DNA of 64,000 bases from a virus (lineage: Duplodnaviria > Caudoviricetes): positions 20,962 through 84,961 of IMG/VR virus record IMGVR_UViG_3300012952_002053. One strand, 5' to 3'. This document shows, in pieces, positions 1-9,656 of this stretch. The notes under the pieces were generated by a model. That model saw only the letters and a program-made list of their open reading frames with translations. It made no database searches and was not told the DNA's origin. The number at the start of each line of letters is the position of its first letter. Positions within the stretch are counted from its first letter, which is position 1. The position numbers and the translations under genes are program-made.

Positions 1-1006
1 AAATGCTTATTTCTACTTGATTCCTAAACTCGTCACTTTGCAAATGTAAAAAATTAGCGGCCCGGCGTTGTGCTGTATTATGATATATGTCCATAATATT
101 ATCGTTAAGTCGCTCGATTTCTTGTACGCACATTGTAATACGTTTTACTAAGTCCTGTTCTTCATCATATGAATGGTCAATGAAGTCTCTAAAAACATCA
201 AAACCAAAATGTTCTAATTTTTTTATAGAGCCTGGTGCATTTATAGACAGAAATAATTGTTTTGCATATATAGGCTTCCATGTTTTCTCTGTAAAAAAGA
301 GTCGAGTAAACGAACTTTCTGTTATAACATGTAGTGCTGTTTGATTGTATGCAGGACTGCTCACGGTGTGGTCATTGAGGTATGGGTTTCTGTCAGCATT
401 GTCATCTATAGTAATAGGACAAATATGCTTGAGTGTATTAGAAAAATAATTGTATTCATCAGCATAATTTATAATATCTTGTTTCCAATAATCTGTTTTC
501 AAGTGATTCCTATTATGCTCCTGCTTATCCCAAAGGAAACTATGTAACACAGAATCTTGTAGATTATACTGATAAATTTTGTTAAGTGTAATCAGTCTGT
601 GTATTTTAGGTACAGAATTAAGACAGGAAAATTTTTGTGTTATAGGCTTTTCTTCAAAAGGATAAACTGCTCGACTGTACCGCAAGTGAAAATAAGATGT
701 ATAATGTTTCTCATTAGCATCATCGCTGAGTACTATTACTTTTTTACTGCTATGCTTATCAACAAAAGACTGCACTAACTCCAGGTGTCCTACTGAGTCT
801 ACAGGGTTGTGACTCATGTCTAACACTATAGTATCGAACTGTTCGAGTTCTGGCAGTTCTTGAGTATAAAGGTTGTCGTTTACTATAATGTAGTTATCGC
901 TGATACCTAACTTGTTGGATATCCATGGTATGAGATATTTTCTACTAACAGTTCCAGTTTTATATACTTCTGCTAAGTCTACAATATTTTTATCTGTTAT
1001 GTGCAT
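1..1006 (-). CDS. Putative glycosyltransferase (GT10-like motif), paralog 1; 3' end runs off the window; absent from the ORF track
   Basis: Manual translation from ATG at 1006 (MHITDKNIVDLAEVY...) stays open to base 1. It contains KFSCLNSVPKIHRL and FTEKTWKPIYAKQLFLSINAPGSIKKLEHFGFDVF...SYD, shared with the next two ORFs. Confidence 0.75.
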   Translation of the reverse strand, partial: MHITDKNIVDLAEVYKTGTVSRKYLIPWISNKLGISDNYIIVNDNLYTQELPELEQFDTIVLDMSHNPVDSVGHLELVQSFVDKHSSKKVIVLSDDANEKHYTSYFHLRYSRAVYPFEEKPITQKFSCLNSVPKIHRLITLNKIYQYNLQDSVLHSFLWDKQEHNRNHLKTDYWKQDIINYADEYNYFSNTLKHICPITIDDNADRNPYLNDHTVSSPAYNQTALHVITESSFTRLFFTEKTWKPIYAKQLFLSINAPGSIKKLEHFGFDVFRDFIDHSYDEEQDLVKRITMCVQEIERLNDNIMDIYHNTAQRRAANFLHLQSDEFRNQVEISI

Positions 1007-2142
1007 ATCTGTTGTAAGATACTTTCAAAATATTTTTTCTTATCCCATTCTTGCAAAGTAAGTATATTTTGTTTTGCTATTTCTCTTATCCTATGCCAAT
1101 CGTATGAATCAATCTTTTTAATTATTTCCACAATGTTGTTATTAGTTGTCTTGTAATCTTCGTCTATGTAGTTGCCAAAAATTTCTTTATAAGAATTATA
1201 TCCCATATCTTCTAAAGCATCCAATGTATGTATTGTACCATGTATTAAGAAAGGCATGCCATAACGTATAGGCTTAAATGTTTTTTCTGTAATTTGTGTT
1301 ATTGGATATATTCCATTTTGCTGTTCCGGAAAAGATTCTAATGCAATCCAAACTTTAGATTTTTCTATCCATTGTCTTTTTATAATTCTATCTTTTTCTT
1401 GATCCGGCTCGTCTTCATACTTAGGATTAATAATATGCTTTGCCCAACTGCCTACAATATTATGTTCTACTAAACTGTTGTTAATTAGTTTAAACCAAAA
1501 GTCTAGTCTGTGTGGTTTTTCTTTTCCTATTAAACATGTAAAGTCATGTTCTTTGTTATTATGTGTATTAGTATCTATGAATGCATTCATGTCTACATGT
1601 TCTATAAAAGGTGCTCTAATAATTGAACTAGCATCAGTAAAACTTAAAAAGGCTTCGCTGTGCCACATGTTAGGACATACCCAGTTTATATTTGGATAAC
1701 GTTCTTTTAACCTTGGGTCCATATTGTCGAGTACAAATGTAAAACTTTTTGCTGTGTCTACACAATCAAACAATGTGGGATCATCAAAAACTCTAGGCAT
1801 CATATCTAATTGGTCGTCAAATGGAATACCAATTATCCAAGGTTCATACATGTTTGTTACAATAATATTTTTATCTTTAATCCAACTTCTGTCTTTTAAT
1901 GCAAAAAATTGAAACGTAGACATCTCAAAGTATGCTGTATTACGCATTAGGTTTACGTCTTTGAACTCAACTACATCTGGTACTCCATCTGTTAGTTGTG
2001 CATATACACTAAAGATATCGTGTACCGACTCCATTGCTTTTGGATCATTTAAAAATCTTCTTTGGAAATTAGACGCATGATTATATCTAGTATCTTCGAA
2101 GTCTTCTCTTTTAAACTTTATAGATTTAATACTAATAGCCAT
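997..2142 (-). CDS. Putative glycosyltransferase (GT10-like motif), paralog 2
   Basis: 381-aa ORF with FTCLIGKEKPHRL and WIALES...ITEKTFKPIRYGMPFLIHG, resembling the GT10 LAFENS...YITEK...P-x-x-x-G motif. Confidence 0.65.
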   Translation of the reverse strand: MAISIKSIKFKREDFEDTRYNHASNFQRRFLNDPKAMESVHDIFSVYAQLTDGVPDVVEFKDVNLMRNTAYFEMSTFQFFALKDRSWIKDKNIIVTNMYEPWIIGIPFDDQLDMMPRVFDDPTLFDCVDTAKSFTFVLDNMDPRLKERYPNINWVCPNMWHSEAFLSFTDASSIIRAPFIEHVDMNAFIDTNTHNNKEHDFTCLIGKEKPHRLDFWFKLINNSLVEHNIVGSWAKHIINPKYEDEPDQEKDRIIKRQWIEKSKVWIALESFPEQQNGIYPITQITEKTFKPIRYGMPFLIHGTIHTLDALEDMGYNSYKEIFGNYIDEDYKTTNNNIVEIIKKIDSYDWHRIREIAKQNILTLQEWDKKKYFESILQQICT

Positions 2143-3487
2143 ACTTCACCTTTAATGCTGAACGACTAAATGGATCTTGTTTTGCAGTATTTAAAAATAA
2201 ATTTTTATTGATTTCTATTTTTTCTTGAACTTCTTTACTCCAAAATATGTCATGTATTTCTTCAATTGGCTTTTCTAAAAATTTTGATATCTCACGTTTA
2301 ATTAATTCTAAACGAACAGCATCGTCCTCAACTGTATCAAATGACTCGTCCCAAAACTCTGGAAACGTTGCATAGCCTAAACTTCTTAAATGATTGTAAG
2401 TCCTAGGTAATCCTACAACAAGCACAGGCAGTTCATAATAATATGCTTTGAATGTTTTTTCTGTAACAAAGCCTTCTATTATTTGTAATTGGTCATTATA
2501 TGTTCCCCAACCGTTAGGACTTTCAGAACCTACAGGATCATGACTGCCATAAAATAAAGTTTCGTTTGCTATCCAACTATATGTGTTTGATATAATTCTC
2601 CATGGAACAGAATCTTGATTACGCATAAAATTATGGTCAAACAGTCGTTTAAATTTTGGAGTTATTTCTTTTTCTAAGTATATTTCTTTTTCTCTGTACG
2701 AATAGTATATGTCATCTTTAAAATTTTCTATGCAATCAACAATTTCACTTCTATGTCTCTTCTCAAAATTATTTAAACAAATGGTTTTCTTTTTTCTTAT
2801 TTTGTTTTTAGTTTTTTCTACAATACGTTTAGGTAAATTCTTTTTGCCTGGACTGTCAAATATTCTAGCATGATATATTGTATAGTATTGTACATCTGCA
2901 TTTGGAAATGCTCTTCTGTATTTACGCACAATTTTATTATTGCACATTAAAAACTTTAATTTTTCTTCGGGCCAATTTCTAAAACAATGTTTAAACTTTT
3001 CAAGTCTATCAAAATCAAGATATGTGTCTGTGTACATGTCCCAACCATTTACAAAACAAAAATGTATGTTATCACAATCAAGTTCTACAATTTGTTCTAT
3101 TATGTTTTCATATGAAACATTTTTATCATTTAAAGGAAATGTAGATATGCCCGTGGTAAAATAAAATGTTTTGTCTGGATATGTTTCACATAATTTTTTA
3201 AGGTCTAAAAGTTTGTGGTCTTCCGACATTAATATTCTTGCTACAAAGACATTTGTAAAATTGCCTTCTGCTATGTATGGACTTATACTCACTAACTGAT
3301 TATTGTCTGCAAGTATTCTGCTATGGTCACTGGATAGTCCACCCATATCGTCACCTGTAGCCAATGTTGATACAACAAAGAATTCATCTATTTTGTCTAT
3401 TGTGTCTTTATACTTTAATGACTTAGTGCTTAGTATTTCGTTTATTCTCCAAACTAATGCGTCATTGTATGTTACATAGTCTAACAT
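2132..3487 (-). CDS. Putative glycosyltransferase (GT10-like motif), paralog 3
   Basis: TICLNNFEKRHRS and FVTEKTFKAYYYELPVLVVG...LGYATF...SFD. Start moved from 3535 to ATG 3487, just after the upstream stop. Confidence 0.65.
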   Translation of the reverse strand: MLDYVTYNDALVWRINEILSTKSLKYKDTIDKIDEFFVVSTLATGDDMGGLSSDHSRILADNNQLVSISPYIAEGNFTNVFVARILMSEDHKLLDLKKLCETYPDKTFYFTTGISTFPLNDKNVSYENIIEQIVELDCDNIHFCFVNGWDMYTDTYLDFDRLEKFKHCFRNWPEEKLKFLMCNNKIVRKYRRAFPNADVQYYTIYHARIFDSPGKKNLPKRIVEKTKNKIRKKKTICLNNFEKRHRSEIVDCIENFKDDIYYSYREKEIYLEKEITPKFKRLFDHNFMRNQDSVPWRIISNTYSWIANETLFYGSHDPVGSESPNGWGTYNDQLQIIEGFVTEKTFKAYYYELPVLVVGLPRTYNHLRSLGYATFPEFWDESFDTVEDDAVRLELIKREISKFLEKPIEEIHDIFWSKEVQEKIEINKNLFLNTAKQDPFSRSALKVKYGY

Positions 3488-3489
3488 GT

Positions 3490-4911
3490 TTACCTGCTGT
3501 TGTGTTTCGGGTCTGTGCGACTCCACCAGTCCCAAAGTTCTGGGTCCGCACTATATATTTCTTCTATTGTAATACTGTTACCTGGGTAACCGTCCTCTCT
3601 AATTCTTGCTATTTCTCTTTGCCATTGCCTACCATTGAAGAACTGATCCTCTGCTGTATCAGGAAACTGTTCTTGAAACGTAGGTGTATTTAATATTTGA
3701 TTAAGTTGATTAATTACTGTTTGCTGTTTGGGTGTTATAATAGGTGTAAGGTCTTCTATTAGTTTACGCACAATCCTATCTAATATGTGTCTGGGCCAAC
3801 TCATAAAACTAAACACAATGTCAGGATGGAATGCAAACATATTCTTTGTTTCTATTTTAACATCTAGTTCTAATGCATAGTTTACAAAATCACGTAAGCC
3901 AAATAGCCCTGGTCCTGTTAGTGTTAGATCCATTAGCATTTTATCGTTGCCGCCTGGTAATGCTACACCTTCTCTAAAGTTTTGGTCCCACTCTTCCCAA
4001 TCAAGTCCTGTTCTAATAAACTCTCCTATACGTCCTATACCGTCTATACTTGCACACATAGTCCAGTCTTTTGCTTGTGGTAACCAATCATATAAGTAAT
4101 GCTTTCCATAACGCACTCTGCTTAAATTACTATTGTATCTTAAATGAACTTTGTTTAAATTATTATCTTCAGCAAGTCTATTCATTGCTCGCCAATGTAT
4201 ATCGTACATTAAAGGTTCACCACCTACCCAATAAATTTCTTCTACAATACCTCTGCAAATGCTATCCCAAAACTCTTCTTCCACAACTTCCTTTTGAAAC
4301 TTTTCTATAATCTTTTTATTTTCCGGAACCATGAACGGTTGATTCTCAGGAGTCCAATGGTCATGTTTTCTTTTCTCAGCCTCCCAAGAAGAACTTAGTT
4401 GCTCTCCACACATTCTACATTTAAAGTTACATAAGTTGCTTACACGATAATCAAAACTGATAGGCTCCATTGTAGTATAGCCGTTTTCATCTGTACTATC
4501 AAAGCATTGGTCTATTTTGTCATTAAACAAGAATCCTGTAAACCATTGTCTGTAATTACTTTGACTTAACAAATTATCGTTACACACATCACATTGTGGA
4601 ATCTTTTCACCTGCCATAAGTTTCTTTCTTATATCCATCATGTATGGACTGTTCCAATGTTCTTTAAGTGTAACAACATGTTGCTTATAATCTTCTATAG
4701 TACCAGACTCTTTTACAGCACCATACTTTGCATCATTACTGGCATCTATATATTGTTTTTGGAATTTGTGTTCTTCTCTACTAGCACAACACATACGTCT
4801 TTCTGATTGTGGACTGATATAGGTATGGGTCCAAGGTGCTGTACAAAACACTTTGTTTTCTGAATCAGGATGAACGTTTCCGTGTTCCCATTTTGGTTTA
4901 ATTTTTTTCAT
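3490..4911 (-). CDS. Radical SAM protein with N-terminal twitch/SPASM-like domain
   Basis: CNFKCRMC (CxxxCxxC) and GGEP motifs; N-terminal FCTAPW...RMCC...CDVC. Confidence 0.9.
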   Translation of the reverse strand: MKKIKPKWEHGNVHPDSENKVFCTAPWTHTYISPQSERRMCCASREEHKFQKQYIDASNDAKYGAVKESGTIEDYKQHVVTLKEHWNSPYMMDIRKKLMAGEKIPQCDVCNDNLLSQSNYRQWFTGFLFNDKIDQCFDSTDENGYTTMEPISFDYRVSNLCNFKCRMCGEQLSSSWEAEKRKHDHWTPENQPFMVPENKKIIEKFQKEVVEEEFWDSICRGIVEEIYWVGGEPLMYDIHWRAMNRLAEDNNLNKVHLRYNSNLSRVRYGKHYLYDWLPQAKDWTMCASIDGIGRIGEFIRTGLDWEEWDQNFREGVALPGGNDKMLMDLTLTGPGLFGLRDFVNYALELDVKIETKNMFAFHPDIVFSFMSWPRHILDRIVRKLIEDLTPIITPKQQTVINQLNQILNTPTFQEQFPDTAEDQFFNGRQWQREIARIREDGYPGNSITIEEIYSADPELWDWWSRTDPKHNSR

Positions 4912-5467
4912 ATATTCCTGACCAACAATTATGTTTACTTTTTTCCCAGCCTGTTAAATCTATATCATTGTAAGATTCATTTAATATTTTTTGTGTATAT
5001 CCTACACTTTCTAAAAGCCTAGTAATTTCCTTTTCGTTCAATCTAAAATTAAATTGAAAAGGATTACTTATACCTCTATCACTAAATGCATTACCTGGTA
5101 AATTAAATTCTTCTTCATCTATGCTTAATATACAATGTATAGATTCTATGATTAACGTTTTAGGTTCGCTTATATTAATTATCTGTTCTAGTAAATGTAT
5201 TGGGCTATGTAAATGATACAATAAACCCATACACACTACAACATCATATTTCCCGTGGCTATTTTTATAAAAGTCGTTTGCTGTACCTACAAATGTATTT
5301 GCATTTAAAGGTGCTACATCTGTGTTAGGCTCTACACTTAACACTTTTTTAGGTTTGTGTTTTAATATTTCTTTAGTAAAGTGTCCAGCAAAACTTCCAA
5401 GTTCTAAAACTGTTTTGTCTTCACAATGTGCAAATAATGTATCCAGTACGTCACTATATTTCTTCAT
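4898..5467 (-). CDS. Class I SAM-dependent methyltransferase
   Basis: VLELGSFAG motif I, acidic residue in SVEP, DVVVCMGLLYHL. Confidence 0.85.
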   Translation of the reverse strand: MKKYSDVLDTLFAHCEDKTVLELGSFAGHFTKEILKHKPKKVLSVEPNTDVAPLNANTFVGTANDFYKNSHGKYDVVVCMGLLYHLHSPIHLLEQIINISEPKTLIIESIHCILSIDEEEFNLPGNAFSDRGISNPFQFNFRLNEKEITRLLESVGYTQKILNESYNDIDLTGWEKSKHNCWSGIYEKN

Positions 5468-7142
5468 CTACTGTTCCGCCTAATCCATCAACTTCTGTGT
5501 CCCAGCCTATACTACTGCCTGCCTTACGTTTTATATTTGGATTATAATCTGGGTCGTCTTTATATTTTTCATCATCATAGTCATCATCACTTTCACCTGT
5601 TTGGCGTCCACGCACTTTCATTTCTACAACTTTTACTTCACCATCTTCTGTTACAATACGTTTAGCATATAATGTATTAGTTACACCAACACTATCTGGT
5701 GCTTGTATATCATTTATTTCATCGTCTGATATATCTTTTACTTCAATACTATCATACCATTCTGTTAATCTTGGAAATGTTTCTCTGAAATTAAATCCAC
5801 GTCTTGCATCATATTGTTCATAAAATACTTTAAAGTCATGGTGTAATAAATCTTGTTCTGCTGTATTTCTATGAGGAGTCTTAACAACATCTAAATATTC
5901 TATTAGTCTACTAATTTGATCCTGCTCCCATGGTTGCAATAACTCTGCACCTGTTATCTCAGACTTTTCACCTTTGTCCCTTACTGCTTGTAGCCAATCA
6001 CTTATCTCATCATGATACATTTTTCTTAAATGGTCTGGTAATGTTAGTGGACTTTGGAAACTTGGAAAACGTAATATGTTTACACTAATGCCTGGAACAT
6101 GATGTCCATATTTACGTTTCATGTCTAAGCACCAATCCCAAAACTCTGTAATACTATCTAAGCACAATGCATTAATAGTCATCATCATATGTACGCCTTC
6201 GTATCTTGCCTCTGTGGCAAAACGTTCAAACTGGCTAGTCCATATTTCCCAATCTAATCCATCTCTAATATATTCTGCTTGTGGACCCTTTGCTTCACAA
6301 CTAGTATATACATGGAAGTGGTCTATGTGTTGTGTAGCATCTATAAACTTATTAAGTAAACCTTCTTTAGCCATTAAGTTACTGTTGATAGCAAGACGCA
6401 TGTTTTTTGCATTGGGTTCATCTGTTTCTTTAAACCAATCAAACAATTTGTATATGCTAGGAGTCATTAATGGCTCTCCACCTGTAACTCTTATCTCTTC
6501 TAGTTCTTTACTTAGTTCGGGCCACCATCTCCAAAAAGCATCCACATAAGGATTATCTTCTCCTTGGTCAAAAGGTTCGGCGTATGGTGCGTCATCAATA
6601 AAGTGTCCACGTGCATCACTCTTAATACCTTGATAGCCTCCGTTAGTACGAATATCTTTTACCCATGTGCTACTAAATGCTGGATTACAATAACTACATG
6701 CTAACTGACATGTTCTATCAAATGCAACTTCACATGTTTTTAAATTTACATCTTCGTTAGGATCTGCTGTTGCGGCCCATTCTAAATCTCTATCTTCATA
6801 TATAACTGTTTTATATACTCTGTCTGACACAGGTACATTACCATCTGCGTCTTTACCCATGTCCTCAATCTTCCAACAATACTCACACTCTTTAGGACGT
6901 GAACCTGTTTGCATCATGTCACGCATTTTCTTTTTGTGTCTACTATTGTGTATAGCACTAGGATTTGTTTTTATCTCTTCTAAATCTATTTGGTGTGCAG
7001 GAGGGTGATGGCAACTAGTTGTTCCACCATGTCCTAACCATATTGTAGCATTGTACCATTTAGCACCACAAAAACTTTCAGAGACGGAATCAATCATCCT
7101 CTCTTTAAATTCTCTATGTGACTCTCCTACTTTTCTAACCAT
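5454..7142 (-). CDS. Radical SAM protein with N-terminal twitch-like domain and acidic C-terminal tail
   Basis: CQLACSYC and TGGEP motifs; N-terminal FCGAKW...SCHH...CEYCW. Confidence 0.9.
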   Translation of the reverse strand: MVRKVGESHREFKERMIDSVSESFCGAKWYNATIWLGHGGTTSCHHPPAHQIDLEEIKTNPSAIHNSRHKKKMRDMMQTGSRPKECEYCWKIEDMGKDADGNVPVSDRVYKTVIYEDRDLEWAATADPNEDVNLKTCEVAFDRTCQLACSYCNPAFSSTWVKDIRTNGGYQGIKSDARGHFIDDAPYAEPFDQGEDNPYVDAFWRWWPELSKELEEIRVTGGEPLMTPSIYKLFDWFKETDEPNAKNMRLAINSNLMAKEGLLNKFIDATQHIDHFHVYTSCEAKGPQAEYIRDGLDWEIWTSQFERFATEARYEGVHMMMTINALCLDSITEFWDWCLDMKRKYGHHVPGISVNILRFPSFQSPLTLPDHLRKMYHDEISDWLQAVRDKGEKSEITGAELLQPWEQDQISRLIEYLDVVKTPHRNTAEQDLLHHDFKVFYEQYDARRGFNFRETFPRLTEWYDSIEVKDISDDEINDIQAPDSVGVTNTLYAKRIVTEDGEVKVVEMKVRGRQTGESDDDYDDEKYKDDPDYNPNIKRKAGSSIGWDTEVDGLGGTVDEEI

Positions 7143-7734
7143 CGAAATTTCCTACGTCAAAACTTAAAGTTCTCATTTGAGTGTTATCCTCTAATTCAAT
7201 TACCCATTCAATCATTTCTGCTACACTATCAGCAGTCATCATTATATCTTCTATGTTATTTACACCTTTTAGCCATGCAGTACTGTCTGTGTCTACCATT
7301 CCAGGTTTAATCATAGTTACTCTACACATACCAGGTTTAAACTGATTTGCTAACTGTAAACATGCCCAATCCAATCTTGCTTTGTCACTTACATAAGGTG
7401 TCCAGTCTTTATTGTAACCCATTTGTGCAAAGTTACTAATACTATCGCTACTAATAGCACCCATATTAATAATTAACTTAGGTGTGTTTACCCATTGTTC
7501 ATACATTGTATATAACAGTCTTACTTGATTGTCCGGCACATAAGCATTGTTTACCAATACATCGGCATCCCATTCCAAGCACTCATTAACAACTTTCTTT
7601 ACTGTGCTTACACGTTGCAAGTTGTATCCTGTACTTTGACTAAAGCCTTTTACTTCATAGTTGTCTTGGTCTAGTCTATCTACTAATGCTTTACCAATGC
7701 CTCTTGTATGTCCTGTTATTGCTATCTTTTTCAT
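7135..7734 (-). CDS. Short-chain dehydrogenase/reductase
   Basis: ITGHTRGIG (TGxxxGxG), LVNNA, YVSDK (YxxxK), IKPGMVDT. Confidence 0.9.
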   Translation of the reverse strand: MKKIAITGHTRGIGKALVDRLDQDNYEVKGFSQSTGYNLQRVSTVKKVVNECLEWDADVLVNNAYVPDNQVRLLYTMYEQWVNTPKLIINMGAISSDSISNFAQMGYNKDWTPYVSDKARLDWACLQLANQFKPGMCRVTMIKPGMVDTDSTAWLKGVNNIEDIMMTADSVAEMIEWVIELEDNTQMRTLSFDVGNFDG

Positions 7735-7735
7735 A

Positions 7736-7906
7736 TTAAATTTCTATCATATCAAAGTCATCTTTGCCTACGCCACATTCCGGGCAATACCAATCATCTG
7801 GTACATCTTCCCATTTAGTGCCTGGCTCAATACCATCTTCAGGAACTCCATGCTCCTCATAGTATATCCATCCACAAACAATACATTCATATGTTTTAAA
7901 TTCCAT
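7736..7906 (-). CDS. rubA: Rubredoxin (56 aa; missed by the ORF track)
   Basis: Manual translation: MEFKTYECIVCGWIYYEEHGVPEDGIEPGTKWEDVPDDWYCPECGVGKDDFDMIEI. Two CxxCG knuckles with canonical spacing; fills the gap between neighbours exactly. Confidence 0.95.
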   Translation of the reverse strand: MEFKTYECIVCGWIYYEEHGVPEDGIEPGTKWEDVPDDWYCPECGVGKDDFDMIEI

Positions 7907-8161
7907 TTACTCAATGACTTCCTCTAGTATGCCTAACAGTTCTGCTAATAATAAACTAATTGCTAATACTACTATACTCATTGACGCCCATGCCCAAATA
8001 CATCCGCCAATTCTGATAGCACTTTTAACCATGCTTATTTTATAATGCATGTTGCCTGGGTCTTTTCCTATACTCATATAATTCTCCGCTATTTGACTAC
8101 CAGGCAAATCTTCTCGCCTCTTAGGTAATCTGTCTAAATGTCTTTTTAAACTTTGTTCCAT
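7907..8161 (-). CDS. Small membrane protein
   Basis: 84 aa with a hydrophobic C-terminal half (HYKISMVKSAIRI...LLAELLGILEE). Confidence 0.7.
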   Translation of the reverse strand: MEQSLKRHLDRLPKRREDLPGSQIAENYMSIGKDPGNMHYKISMVKSAIRIGGCIWAWASMSIVVLAISLLLAELLGILEEVIE

Positions 8162-8334
8162 ATTCTTTCGTGTATATAATAAATTACCATCTTAGCAAAA
8201 AATTCTATGCCTCCAATGGCTAATGCTACACTTACATCTCCAATAATAAAATATGCTATTCCAATTGTCGTGAGTGTTGCTGTAATTCTCCATGTAAATG
8301 TTTTTAGTAAACTTCTAAGTTTGCTTTCCTTCAT
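8146..8334 (-). CDS. DUF2061-like small membrane protein
   Basis: RSLLKTFTWRITATLTT...YYIHERIWNKV pattern, typical of DUF2061, which is often next to APS kinase. Confidence 0.8.
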   Translation of the reverse strand: MKESKLRSLLKTFTWRITATLTTIGIAYFIIGDVSVALAIGGIEFFAKMVIYYIHERIWNKV

Positions 8335-9079
8335 TCCTTATTTTAGTTGCACTAATTTCTTCTATGCTTTTATCAAAGTGTTCTTGTTCTATTTTATACC
8401 CTACATCTCTTCCGTATGTTATATTCACGATGTTTGGTACCACTTTAATCTGCAACTTTCCTGCATAGTGTACTAATTCAAATTTTAGTTTTTGTGCTAT
8501 GTCTTGTGCTAGATATGGATTACTTTCATCAGTAGCCATGTTTCTAATCATTAAACATACTTGTCCATGTTTTGCCATTGCACGTTCTAACAATGCTTGA
8601 TGTCCTTCATGCCATGGCTGAAATCTACCAAGCATTTGTGTTGTGGGAGCCTGTTCATCCCACATAAACACATTACCTAAACTCCATGCTATGTTCATAG
8701 CATCTTTATCATTCTTAGTTTTTATTCTGTAATCGTAGTTATCATCTTTCTCAAAAACTTTATTAGTATCTTCAAATCTTCCTTTTTTAATTGTGTCTAC
8801 AAATATATTATAGTCTGCATTAAAATCTTTCCTAGCAGATTTAAATGGACAAACAAAATCTGCTAATGCAATTTTTCCTTGTGCTTCTACTTGTTCACAT
8901 TTACGTTGCATTCTAATTTTTTGTCTTAGCCTTCCGTCATCTGAAAAGTCCCAATCATTTGCTTCTTCTCTAACTTTGTCTGCATTTATCCATGCAACTT
9001 TGTCTCCCAAATACTCGCAAAGTTTTTCTGCTAAAAAACTTTTACCTGCACCAGGTAATCCATAAATTAAAACTTTCAT
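8315..9079 (-). CDS. Adenylylsulfate-kinase-like P-loop domain fused to a cytidylyltransferase-like (HxGH) domain
   Basis: GLPGAGKS, INADKVR...WDFS..GRLRQ and DFVCP, followed by GRFQPWHEGH. Confidence 0.8.
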   Translation of the reverse strand: MKVLIYGLPGAGKSFLAEKLCEYLGDKVAWINADKVREEANDWDFSDDGRLRQKIRMQRKCEQVEAQGKIALADFVCPFKSARKDFNADYNIFVDTIKKGRFEDTNKVFEKDDNYDYRIKTKNDKDAMNIAWSLGNVFMWDEQAPTTQMLGRFQPWHEGHQALLERAMAKHGQVCLMIRNMATDESNPYLAQDIAQKLKFELVHYAGKLQIKVVPNIVNITYGRDVGYKIEQEHFDKSIEEISATKIRNEGKQT

Positions 9080-9399
9080 TTCACAAATAAGCCTTTAATG
9101 CTTTTCCCTTTACCCATGTCACCGTTAAAAGTCATTTGTCCTTTTAACACTAATGACATTGGATTTGCACCTTTTGTAAACATGTCTATCATTACATCTT
9201 TGTTTACAAAGCCTACTGTAATGTCAGCATTATCTAAGTTGCCTTCTTCTAGTGTTACTGAAGAGTCATGTACTTGCACATTAAACTTTCCATTGTCCTC
9301 ATTTATTACATTTACATTTATGTCTATGTCTATTCCTTCAGATTTTACTTCGTTTAAATTAGTTGTTAGTGTGTTTCTTATACTGTCTATGTCTAGCAT
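9076..9399 (-). CDS. SCP2 sterol/lipid-binding domain protein
   Basis: EGNLDNADITV...ANPMSLVLKGQMTFNGDM is the SCP2 pattern. Start set at ATG 9399, behind an AAGGAGA RBS. Confidence 0.8.
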   Translation of the reverse strand: MLDIDSIRNTLTTNLNEVKSEGIDIDINVNVINEDNGKFNVQVHDSSVTLEEGNLDNADITVGFVNKDVMIDMFTKGANPMSLVLKGQMTFNGDMGKGKSIKGLFVK

Positions 9400-9656
9400 A
9401 CTGTCTCCTTTGGATAACCTAAGTACCATTCTTTTATTGTGTTTACTCTTACATCACGCCACGCATCAACATCTAAGCCGTAACAGACTATTGTGTCGTT
9501 ACTGCTATAGTTTTTGAATATCATTTGTTGTCCTGATATATCATTGTTCAACGTGCATGGCATAGTTCGAATTTCTTTTGTGTCTATCTTTTCAAATACA
9601 ATAGTTACTACTTCTTTTTTAAGTGCATTAATTAATTCTTTTGTATTCACGTTCAT
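9393..9656 (-). CDS. WYL-like/DUF2693 SH3-fold protein
   Basis: VVTIVFEKIDTKEIRTMPCTL...GLDVDAWRDVRVNTI. Start 9656 overlaps the upstream stop (ATGA). Confidence 0.65.
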   Translation of the reverse strand: MNVNTKELINALKKEVVTIVFEKIDTKEIRTMPCTLNNDISGQQMIFKNYSSNDTIVCYGLDVDAWRDVRVNTIKEWYLGYPKETVC

